From the IMG/VR virus record IMGVR_UViG_3300020577_013140, positions 84,381 to 148,380 of that record: a stretch of DNA of 64,000 nucleotides; one strand, given 5' to 3'. Positions 25,255 through 34,135 of the stretch are shown one piece after another (positions within the stretch are counted from its first letter, which is position 1; each line of letters opens with the position of its first letter). This DNA is from a virus. Its lineage: Duplodnaviria > Heunggongvirae > Uroviricota > Caudoviricetes. Under the pieces are notes generated by a model, which was not told where the DNA came from, made no database searches, and worked only from the letters and a program-made list of their open reading frames with translations. Both the position numbers and the translations under genes were made by a program.

Positions 25255-26997
25255 ATGATCCTCGACCTCGCTAACTCCCAATCTGGACCTGTAGGCTTCT
25301 TCCCAGGCACCGGACTGCCCAAGAGTGAACGCTACGCCAATCCTTTCTATGGTGTTGCCCACAAGTACCTACCATATACCAACATCGATCACATGTTGTG
25401 GTGGGCCAACCATTTTCTACTGCGCTTTGGTTTTTATCGTGCAGCCTTGTTTCGTATTTCCAACTATTTCATCACCTCGTTGAAGATTGAATGCGAGGAC
25501 TCTTCAGCAAAAAGCAAATACGAGGAAGCGTTCGACGACATGCAGTGGAAGCAGATCCTGGCGATGTCTGGGCTAAACCTGCTTGCTTACAGTAATTTGT
25601 TCGTGTCCATCAACCAGGGCTTCGATCGTTTTCTTTCCTGCCCCAAGTGCGCGAAGATCACGAACATCGACAAGGCTTCTGGCTACAAGTTCTCGGAGAA
25701 GGCAGAGTATCTTTACCGTTGTCCTCACTGCAAGTCAGAGCACAAGCACGAGGTCATCGACAAGGCCTCCAAGGACGTTGATAAGGTGACTGTTACGTTC
25801 TGGCCTCCAAGGGAAGTCATTGCTCGTTATGAGGAGACAACCGGCGAGTCAGAATACTACTGGCGTATTCCAGAGGATTACAAGAAAAAGGTCCTGAAGA
25901 AAGACAATCGCTTCTTCAGCAAGAAGACTCCTCGTGTGGTTTATGACTCGATCCTCCAGGATCGCTTGCTTGCTTTTAATCCTCGTAACTTCATCCACGT
26001 CAAGATGCCTACGCCCGTCGGCATCAAGACAGACGGCAAGTCTATCCCGTTGTGCATGTACTTGTTCGACGAGTTCTTCATGCTCAAGGTATTGCAGCGA
26101 TTCAACGAGGCTATTTGCTTCGAGGATATTGTTCCCTTCCGAGTAATCTCGATGGGTAACGAGACCAACTCTCAGGCCAACCCGATTCTACATCAGTCTT
26201 CCCCACAGTGGCGTGCCTCGGTAGACCGCATGATTGACGAGCATCGTCGTGATCCTGGTGCCTATCACACTTTCCCTTTCCCGTTGGAATATAAGCAGCT
26301 TGGTGGCGAAGGCAAGACTCTCGCCCCAACCGAGATGATCAACGCCGCAGTGGCGAATATCTTGAATGCTTTCAATATCCCACAGGAACTTTACACCATG
26401 ACGCTGCAGGTGCAGGCTCTTGGGCCTGCTTTACGCTTGTTTGAAAACTCGTGGTCCATTCTTGTAGACACGTACAATCACATCCTCAACCACTGGGCTG
26501 AAGTGATTGGAAAGATCCGCGGCTTACCCAAGGCCAAGGTGGGGCTCACTCCTGTCACCATCAGTGATGACATCGAGCGTAAGTCCATCATCGGTCAGCT
26601 TGTCAGCGCCAACGCCATCGCCCGTAGTGAGCTGCTCAACATGTACGGCTTTGATTATCGAGAACAGCTGCGCAAGAAGATGCAGGAGGATCGCGATGCC
26701 AAGGAGCTACAGGAAGAAGAGCAGGCAAAAGACCAGCTGCGTCAGTTGGCCGAAACTGGTGGTCAAGGTGGGCAACAAGCTGTGTCACCTCAGGATGTAT
26801 TGCAGCAGGCTCAACAAATCGCCCAGGAGTTGTTCCCAATGGACGCTGCTGGTCGTCGTCAGAAGCTTCAGGAGTTGAAGCAGACCGACGCTACACTCTA
26901 CAGTGCCGTGAAGCAGGCGCTTGAAGAGTTGACCTCGCAGGCTCGGTCCCAAGGTGCTTCCCAAGCTCAACAACAATCAGGACAACCTGGTCAATGA
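25255..26997 (+). CDS. probable portal protein with an inserted zinc ribbon
   Basis: 580 aa; portal-like layout (G.S...LF...R.NEAI...P.R...I..AFNIPQEL) with a Gln-rich tail; CPKC...CPHC insertion; lies at the head of the structural block. Confidence 0.55.
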   Translation: MILDLANSQSGPVGFFPGTGLPKSERYANPFYGVAHKYLPYTNIDHMLWWANHFLLRFGFYRAALFRISNYFITSLKIECEDSSAKSKYEEAFDDMQWKQILAMSGLNLLAYSNLFVSINQGFDRFLSCPKCAKITNIDKASGYKFSEKAEYLYRCPHCKSEHKHEVIDKASKDVDKVTVTFWPPREVIARYEETTGESEYYWRIPEDYKKKVLKKDNRFFSKKTPRVVYDSILQDRLLAFNPRNFIHVKMPTPVGIKTDGKSIPLCMYLFDEFFMLKVLQRFNEAICFEDIVPFRVISMGNETNSQANPILHQSSPQWRASVDRMIDEHRRDPGAYHTFPFPLEYKQLGGEGKTLAPTEMINAAVANILNAFNIPQELYTMTLQVQALGPALRLFENSWSILVDTYNHILNHWAEVIGKIRGLPKAKVGLTPVTISDDIERKSIIGQLVSANAIARSELLNMYGFDYREQLRKKMQEDRDAKELQEEEQAKDQLRQLAETGGQGGQQAVSPQDVLQQAQQIAQELFPMDAAGRRQKLQELKQTDATLYSAVKQALEELTSQARSQGASQAQQQSGQPGQ

Positions 26998-27350
26998 AAT
27001 CAACACCTACCAACTCAACCAATGCGGCGGCGCCCAAGACAACGTCCGCTGCCGCAATCCTGGGCTCCTTAAAACGGACACCCACACGCAAGCCTCCGGC
27101 TGACCCGGTTGATTGTTATGTGTGCCAATGCAAGCTCTCTCCACACCGGCTAGTTGCATTGAAGGGATTGGGTACTCCGCCGCTCGAGTGGACCTGCGTC
27201 AAATGCTCACCAAGTATTACCACGCCACGCCTTGGTATATTTATGGGTGAAGTTGGCACGAGTGAGCTGAAGATCGTCGATAAAATTTACTCGGACTCCG
27301 TGAGAGACATGTTCTCGGATGGTGCTGATACAAAAGAAGAGGAAGACTAA
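26994..27350 (+). CDS. DksA/TraR-like C4 zinc-finger protein
   Basis: CYVC..KLSPHRLVAL......WTCVKC matches the C-x2-C...RL.A...C-x2-C pattern. Confidence 0.5.
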   Translation: MKSTPTNSTNAAAPKTTSAAAILGSLKRTPTRKPPADPVDCYVCQCKLSPHRLVALKGLGTPPLEWTCVKCSPSITTPRLGIFMGEVGTSELKIVDKIYSDSVRDMFSDGADTKEEED

Positions 27351-27353
27351 CCC

Positions 27354-29072
27354 ATGCCCAAGTCATTTCAACTAGCAAAAGTACTTGCGCGCCTTGCCAT
27401 TCGCGGCACGGCGTATAGCACTGCCAACGGCCCTTCCAGGTTCGAAGGGTGCATTCCATTGCTCGGCCCTGACGGAAAACTGCATCCTTCTGTGGTTGGT
27501 GCCGGGTCAGTCAGTCTCGGCGATGTGTTGGCAGAATACGTGACGTTTGACACGGCCCCAGAAAAGGATCCGTCAGTTGCCAACGTACGTGATGCCATCA
27601 ACAACATCACGAAGGACACCGGTGGTCTCGCTTTGATGCGTGCAAAGAACTTGTCAGACGTTGCCGATCCGGACGCGGCGTTTAACGAGATCAAAATAAA
27701 GGCAGGCACTGCTGGTAGCGGTGTCGTTGTGGCAGGTGTCATTGGTGTAGCCAGCCAGACAGATGTCGAAGCAGGCACTGATACGGCAACTGACACCGCC
27801 ACAGGTGCCACTTCACTTGCCGTCACGCCGTCTAAAGCCAAGGCGACTTACGTCAGCAAGGTCACAGGTACAGCCCAAACACTGAATAGCCAGCTCGTAC
27901 TTCCATCAGCCCCTGTAGCAGATATGCAGGTGGCGACGAAGAAGTATGTTGATGACTCAGTGGCAGCCTCGCAGTCGTTTCCAACAGCACTCACTCTTTG
28001 GGTGGACGGAACAAACGGCAGTGATGTCTCAGGTGAGAGAGGAAAGATGGCGAAGCCGGTATTGACTCTATCTCGTGCTAAACAACTGGCACAGGCTGGT
28101 GATCTAATCATCGTGCGCCCAGGTACTTACAACGAGAACGACCTGGCGAAGAACAACGTCACTTGGTATTTCCAGCCAGGTGCCAAGGTGTATTACACCA
28201 GCGGTGGGGACTCGACTGTAGCTGTCTTTAATATTGCCACCAACGAGACATGCAATGTATTTGGTGACGGTGAGTTCTACAATATGCACGGTAGCTCCAA
28301 CTCCCGTTATGTCTTGTATGTCCGCACAGGCTCGAAATGTGTGTTCAATGGCAAACTGATTCAATCCGCCCGCTCTGCTATTTATGTGGACGCTGGAAGC
28401 ACCGGATACGCACGTATTCACCTTTCAGAGGCACTCAAGAGCGACGACTTGTCCGGCTCCGGCTCCTGTGCTGCTCGCCTCGTAACGGGAGAGTGTTCAC
28501 TAACGGTTGACGGTGAGATTTACTCCAACGGCTCACAGTTCCAAGCCGGGCTGCAATTTGGTAATGGTACGGGAACTGCCGGCCCTGGTGTACAGGTGGT
28601 GCGTTGTCCGAAGATCACAGGCAAATACAACGCCATTCACTTCAACACCAGTACCCGATCCCACGTTATCACCCAAACGTGCACCGCCACCGACGGCCCG
28701 GTAGTAAAGGTCGACGGAGGAGCTGCAAACCTGATTGAAAGCGTAAGTGACCTGCATACCGATTCCACTTCCTATCCTACGATCATCATGACGAAGGGGC
28801 GATTAACGCTCATAAATACAGTGGTGTACGCCGCCAACAGCCAGACAGGTATTTATCTGAACGGTACGCCATATGACGCTGCCGCACCATACCTTGTACT
28901 AAAGAACTCCGAAATTTGGACAAACGGAGCAACTGCCACTGCGGTCGGGGCTTCGAACTCCGGGGCATTCAAACTACGAATCGTGGGGTCGGCGCAGTCT
29001 GACTGTGCAGAACCAACAGCCGTAGTACGTGTTGGTGGTATTTGGGATTACGTTCCATCTGGAGACTCCTAA
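27354..29072 (+). CDS. tailspike/tail-fibre protein with a right-handed beta-helix domain
   Basis: VATKKYVD tail-fibre motif, then KPVLTLSRAKQLAQAGDLIIVRPGTYNE typical of pectin-lyase-like beta-helix starts. Confidence 0.7.
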   Translation: MPKSFQLAKVLARLAIRGTAYSTANGPSRFEGCIPLLGPDGKLHPSVVGAGSVSLGDVLAEYVTFDTAPEKDPSVANVRDAINNITKDTGGLALMRAKNLSDVADPDAAFNEIKIKAGTAGSGVVVAGVIGVASQTDVEAGTDTATDTATGATSLAVTPSKAKATYVSKVTGTAQTLNSQLVLPSAPVADMQVATKKYVDDSVAASQSFPTALTLWVDGTNGSDVSGERGKMAKPVLTLSRAKQLAQAGDLIIVRPGTYNENDLAKNNVTWYFQPGAKVYYTSGGDSTVAVFNIATNETCNVFGDGEFYNMHGSSNSRYVLYVRTGSKCVFNGKLIQSARSAIYVDAGSTGYARIHLSEALKSDDLSGSGSCAARLVTGECSLTVDGEIYSNGSQFQAGLQFGNGTGTAGPGVQVVRCPKITGKYNAIHFNTSTRSHVITQTCTATDGPVVKVDGGAANLIESVSDLHTDSTSYPTIIMTKGRLTLINTVVYAANSQTGIYLNGTPYDAAAPYLVLKNSEIWTNGATATAVGASNSGAFKLRIVGSAQSDCAEPTAVVRVGGIWDYVPSGDS

Positions 29073-29083
29073 CCTGTAATTAA

Positions 29084-29719
29084 ATGAGCGATCCGCAATC
29101 TTCAGTAGCGTCGTATCCGGTCGTGTTGCCAGCCGATCCTGTAAAGGACGCGCAAGCAACTACAAAGCGGTACACGGATGCCGCTGATGAGCAACGTATA
29201 AATCGTGGTGGAGACTCCATGACAGGTCCGTTGGTGCTGGCAGACGATCCTACAGCACCAAAGGAGGCAGCAACCAAGCAATATGTAGATGCGCTTGGAA
29301 GACCCGTAGCTGCCCAAGTTCCTTCTGACCCCACTGGCGACGTAGCCAGTACCAATGTGCAAGATGCCCTCGGAGAACTAGCCAACGAAAAGATCGCTAA
29401 AGCTGGTGATTCGATGACTGGGCCGTTATTATTGGAGGGTCCTACTCCTTCTACAGACCTTGCCGCTGCCCCTAAAAGCTACGTCGACAAGATGGGCAGC
29501 TATGAATACAGTTTTCTTCCAGGTGACTTCACGTGGAATGCCGCCCTAAATCTTTACGAAATCGCTATCAACCATACACTTAATCGTCGTCCCAGGGTAA
29601 CCTTGTATGATGAAAATGGCGTTGAAGTCATGGGTGACATTGTCTACAATACTATCGGAGTCAATGGATTAGTGATCCGTCTGAAAATCGGGCTGACACT
29701 GAAAGTACTGCTGACCTAA
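29084..29719 (+). CDS. tail-fibre-associated protein
   Basis: repeated GDSMTGPL...A(A)TKxYVD motifs; C-terminal INHTLNRRP.V...DENG domain. Confidence 0.75.
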   Translation: MSDPQSSVASYPVVLPADPVKDAQATTKRYTDAADEQRINRGGDSMTGPLVLADDPTAPKEAATKQYVDALGRPVAAQVPSDPTGDVASTNVQDALGELANEKIAKAGDSMTGPLLLEGPTPSTDLAAAPKSYVDKMGSYEYSFLPGDFTWNAALNLYEIAINHTLNRRPRVTLYDENGVEVMGDIVYNTIGVNGLVIRLKIGLTLKVLLT

Positions 29720-29725
29720 CCGACT

Positions 29726-32700
29726 ATGAACTTTTTATCCGATCTCGATCTCGGGCTGCTTTGCCGCCTGAAGCGCACCCTTCTGGAAGACACGGGGGCG
29801 ACAGCTCCGGCGTCATACGGCAGCTACACCGGGCTAACCAACAGCAACGTAGGTCTGATTTGTCACTATGATGGCAGGATCTGGTACTATGGAAAGCCTG
29901 TTTCAGGTTCGGCAGCGTGGACTTTTGCAACAACGTCCGCAGACGTACTCACCTATTCCAATGCAAACCGTGTGTTGGTTACCAACGGATCAAACGTTGG
30001 TATTTCTTCGCCAGACTTTGGGGTGGACGGCAGCAGCAACTTGGATCTGGGTGTCAGTGGCACGAAGCGCCGTATTGTAAACCTCAACGACCCAATCAAC
30101 GACTATGACGCTGCCAATAAGCGTTACGTTGACTCCATGGCTGCTGGTTTGCGCGACTTCAAGGACTCCGTGGTGTTTACCACTACAGCGGCAACAGGTG
30201 GTACATTCAGCGCAGTCCCGACGCAAGCGACAATTTCCGGCGCCAGTATCAGCAGCTTCGATCCTCCAGGCGTAACCGTCACGGTCGGCATGCGCGTCTT
30301 GGTGAAAGATCAGGCTGCGATCGATAAAGAGCAGAACGGTATTTACGAGGTCACTGCGGTCAACGCATACACATACGACTTGCAACGTACACTCGATGCA
30401 AACGCTACTGGCGAGCTAAGCGACGGTACAGTTGTGTTCGTTGAAAAAGGCACGACCTGGGGTAAAAGCACATGGATCATCACTGACTCTGGCACGACGC
30501 CTGTATTGAATACAGATGACTTGACCTGGATATTGTTTTCTCAAGTCGCAGGTATTACTGCCGGAGCAGGTCTGACAATGACCGGAGCGACGATTAACGT
30601 CAATCCCGATAACGTCACAATTCAGATCTTGAGTGACCAAGTTACCGTCAAGGGCGCAACTGCCGGCAACAACAACAAGGTGCTGATCACCACGACTGGT
30701 GCATCGAATGCTGTTCCGACGTGGGGGCAAATCGATATTTCAACCTCATTTATTACGGGTATCCTACCGTCTGCCAATGGTGGCACAGGAATCAACACCA
30801 GCGCCACGACCAAAGGGTCGATCCTATATACCTCAGCCACAGGTACATGGGCCACAGCAACTCCTGCCGGTGGTGGTACAACCTTACAGGTGCCTGTTGG
30901 TGATAAGACGGCACAAACTGTGACATGGACCAACACCACAGGTACAGGTTCTGTTGTGTTGTCAGACGCTCCTACGTTTACGACTTCAGTCGACAGCAGC
31001 AGCGGTACTTTCGCGGCGTTCGCCACGCCAACCAACGTAACGGCTTTTGCTGCCGTTACGACTTTTACCTTGGGAGGTGCCGCAGGAGCCCAGACACTCA
31101 ACTTCTTTACCGCCTCCACGGGCGCCTCGACCTACAACCTGTTCGGCGGAGCAACAGCAAACGCCACTACTAAGACAATTAACATCGGCGCGACTGGTGT
31201 TTCCGGATCCATCACGAACATCAACATTGGTTCGGCTGTGGCTGGAGCGACTGGTACGATTAACCTCTACCAAAACGTCTCTGCCCTCAAGCAGGTTACT
31301 GTGGTTGACGGTGCCTCTGGTTTTCAGATCGTTAATAGCGCCGACAATACCAAGAAGCTACAATTTACTTCTTCCATTGCCACAGGTACAACTCGTACTT
31401 GGACCATCCAGGACTTGACCGGCTCAGTAGCGTTGAGCGCAAACAACCTGAGCTTCTTTTCTTCAACCACCTCTGCTCAACTCGCAGGCGTGATCTCGGA
31501 TGAAACTGGTACAGGCGTGCTGGTGTTTGGAACCTCTCCAACGTTTACTACCAGCATCGTCGCCGGTGGTGCTACGATGGATGTGTTCCATACGACTGCC
31601 ACCACCGTCAACGCTTTCGGTGCTGCGACGACGTTGACAATCGGTAACACGGCCACGACCGCCCAGACTGTGAACATGTTCACAGCCTCCACTGGTGCCT
31701 CAACCTACAACTACGCCACTGGTGCAACGTCGACTGGTAACACAAAGACGCTGAACATCGGCACGGGCGGAGTCGCTGGTTCAACCACTGTGATTAACAT
31801 CGGCTCCTCAATTGGAACGACTGTGGATCTAAATGGTACGATCATTGTGAACGACGGCGCGACCGGCTTCACTATTGCAAACCTGGCCGACGCTACGAAG
31901 AAGGCTGTATTTAGCTGCGCTGGGCTTACAACTGCCACCACACGCACCTACACGTTTGCAGACGCAACGGGCACGCTCGCAATGATCGCTGTCCACCACC
32001 TCGGGCAGTTTGCAGCGACCACTTCGGCGCAATTGGCTGGTGTGATTTCTGACGAGACTGGTTCCGGTGTACTGGTGTTCGGGACATCTCCGACCTTTAC
32101 CACAAGCATCCTCGCGGCAGGAGCCTCAATGGATGTGTTTAACGCAACGGCAACTACCGTCAACGCTTTCGGAGCAGTTACCACATTAACCATCGGTAAC
32201 GTCGCCACAGCCGCGCAGACAGTGACCATGTTTGGTGCTTCTACGGGAGCCTCAACTTATAACTTCGCCACTGGAGCGACCGCCGCCGCTACGACCAAGA
32301 CGATCAATATCGGTACGGCCGGCGTTTCATCTTCTGTCACGAACATCAACTTTGGTTCAGCGGTATCTGGCGCAACTGGTACTGCTGCCTTCCAGAACAT
32401 CACATTGACGGCCACCAGTCCTGTGTTTGCCACCAGTGTAACCACTGGCAGCGCCTCGATCGATGTGTTCAACACCACGGCCACTACAGTCAATGCCTTC
32501 GGTGCTGTTACTACATTGAACCTTGCTAACGTTGCTACGGGCGCCCAAACCGTCAACATGTTCGGTGGCTCGACTGCAGCTTCAACCTACAACTTCGCAG
32601 GCGGGGCTACCGCCAACGCTACCACCAAGACAATCAATATTGGTGGTGCTGGCGTCTCTGGCTCCATCACGAACATCAACATTGGATCCTCGGTCGCCGG

Positions 32701-34063
32701 TGCAACAGGTACGACGACTGTCCGTACAGCGGTGATTGTAAACGATGGTAACACAGGCAACTTCTTCGCCATCGCCAACGTGGCTGACGCGACCAAGAAA
32801 ATTGCCTTTTCGGCCGCAGGCATTACGACTGCCACCATTCGTACGCTAACAGTCCAGGATGCAAACGGTACAATTGCATATCTCGGTAATACGCTGAACC
32901 AGTTCGCAGCCACCACATCTGCCCAATTGGCTGCAGTGATCACGGACGAGACTGGCACCGGCGCCTTGGTATTTGCGACTTCGCCTACGTTTGCGACCTC
33001 AGTCATCGGCAGCGCGTCAATGGATGTCTTTAACACAACAAGCACCACAGTTAACGCATTTGGCGCCGCCACCACACTAACCATTGGTGGTGCAGCTGGC
33101 GCCCAAACCATTACGGTCGGCGGCGGCTCAACGGCAGCCTCAACCTACAACTTCGGTACTGGTGCCACGGCCACGGCAACGACCAAGACGATCAACATTG
33201 GCACTGGTGGCGCAGCAGGTTCCACTACCAACATCAACCTTGGTAGCGCAAACGGTGGTACCATCACGATCAATAGCACACTGCTGGCAACCACGCTTAA
33301 TACAAACGACACAACCTTCTCGATTCGTAATACATCGGATCCCACGAAGATTGCTAAATTCGATTGCGCAACAATCGCCACAGCGACTACACGTACATTC
33401 ACGTTCCAAAACGTGACAGGCACGCTAGCGTTGCTCGGCAACACCCTAAATCAGTTTGCGTCCACTACGTCGGCCCAGTTGGCCTCAGTGATCTCTGACG
33501 AGACGGGCACTGGTGTGCTGGTGTTCAACAATGCACCTGCCCTCACCACCCCGGCGATTACGACAGGTCTTGACGATGTAAACGGCAACTTGATGATCGG
33601 ATTTACTCCGACCGCTTCAGCTGTCAACTACATCAATCTTACCAATTCTGCTACGACCGCTGGCAAGGTGTATTTGGGTACGACTGGTACCGATGCCAAC
33701 ATCAGTCTGCAGCTTGAGCCCAAGGCCACCACTTCTACCTCATCTTCCTGGGGCACGGTTTCCTGGAAGGACAATGCAGCCAATAGCAGCTTGCAGGTTC
33801 TTCGCATGTGCCGTACGTGGGGCTTTACCCTCTCAACCGGCGCACTCGACCGTAACAATACGGCCTTGACCCTCAGCACCAGCATGACGATTGCTCACGA
33901 GTTTGGTACCCAGGATATCCATGTGATGGTAAATGAAGTTTTAACTGGTGCAATGGTGATGACTGACTGGGTCAAGACAGCAGGTCAGGAAACTCGTCAG
34001 ATCACCTTGAACTTCAAGACAGCTCCGTCTTCCGGTGCGTATCGTGTAACGGTAATCGGATAA
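29726..34063 (+). CDS. long tail-fibre protein with four internal repeats
   Basis: 1445 aa Thr/Gly/Ala-rich; DAANKRYVD; four TTSAQLAxVIxDETGxGxLVF repeats; C-terminal HEFGTQD...V domain. Confidence 0.8.
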   Translation: MNFLSDLDLGLLCRLKRTLLEDTGATAPASYGSYTGLTNSNVGLICHYDGRIWYYGKPVSGSAAWTFATTSADVLTYSNANRVLVTNGSNVGISSPDFGVDGSSNLDLGVSGTKRRIVNLNDPINDYDAANKRYVDSMAAGLRDFKDSVVFTTTAATGGTFSAVPTQATISGASISSFDPPGVTVTVGMRVLVKDQAAIDKEQNGIYEVTAVNAYTYDLQRTLDANATGELSDGTVVFVEKGTTWGKSTWIITDSGTTPVLNTDDLTWILFSQVAGITAGAGLTMTGATINVNPDNVTIQILSDQVTVKGATAGNNNKVLITTTGASNAVPTWGQIDISTSFITGILPSANGGTGINTSATTKGSILYTSATGTWATATPAGGGTTLQVPVGDKTAQTVTWTNTTGTGSVVLSDAPTFTTSVDSSSGTFAAFATPTNVTAFAAVTTFTLGGAAGAQTLNFFTASTGASTYNLFGGATANATTKTINIGATGVSGSITNINIGSAVAGATGTINLYQNVSALKQVTVVDGASGFQIVNSADNTKKLQFTSSIATGTTRTWTIQDLTGSVALSANNLSFFSSTTSAQLAGVISDETGTGVLVFGTSPTFTTSIVAGGATMDVFHTTATTVNAFGAATTLTIGNTATTAQTVNMFTASTGASTYNYATGATSTGNTKTLNIGTGGVAGSTTVINIGSSIGTTVDLNGTIIVNDGATGFTIANLADATKKAVFSCAGLTTATTRTYTFADATGTLAMIAVHHLGQFAATTSAQLAGVISDETGSGVLVFGTSPTFTTSILAAGASMDVFNATATTVNAFGAVTTLTIGNVATAAQTVTMFGASTGASTYNFATGATAAATTKTINIGTAGVSSSVTNINFGSAVSGATGTAAFQNITLTATSPVFATSVTTGSASIDVFNTTATTVNAFGAVTTLNLANVATGAQTVNMFGGSTAASTYNFAGGATANATTKTINIGGAGVSGSITNINIGSSVAGATGTTTVRTAVIVNDGNTGNFFAIANVADATKKIAFSAAGITTATIRTLTVQDANGTIAYLGNTLNQFAATTSAQLAAVITDETGTGALVFATSPTFATSVIGSASMDVFNTTSTTVNAFGAATTLTIGGAAGAQTITVGGGSTAASTYNFGTGATATATTKTINIGTGGAAGSTTNINLGSANGGTITINSTLLATTLNTNDTTFSIRNTSDPTKIAKFDCATIATATTRTFTFQNVTGTLALLGNTLNQFASTTSAQLASVISDETGTGVLVFNNAPALTTPAITTGLDDVNGNLMIGFTPTASAVNYINLTNSATTAGKVYLGTTGTDANISLQLEPKATTSTSSSWGTVSWKDNAANSSLQVLRMCRTWGFTLSTGALDRNNTALTLSTSMTIAHEFGTQDIHVMVNEVLTGAMVMTDWVKTAGQETRQITLNFKTAPSSGAYRVTVIG

Positions 34064-34135
34064 ACAGCTCGCAACCTCCGCATACCCTGTTAAAATGGTT
34101 GCAATACACCGTTTAACAGGGTATTTTATTTCGCC

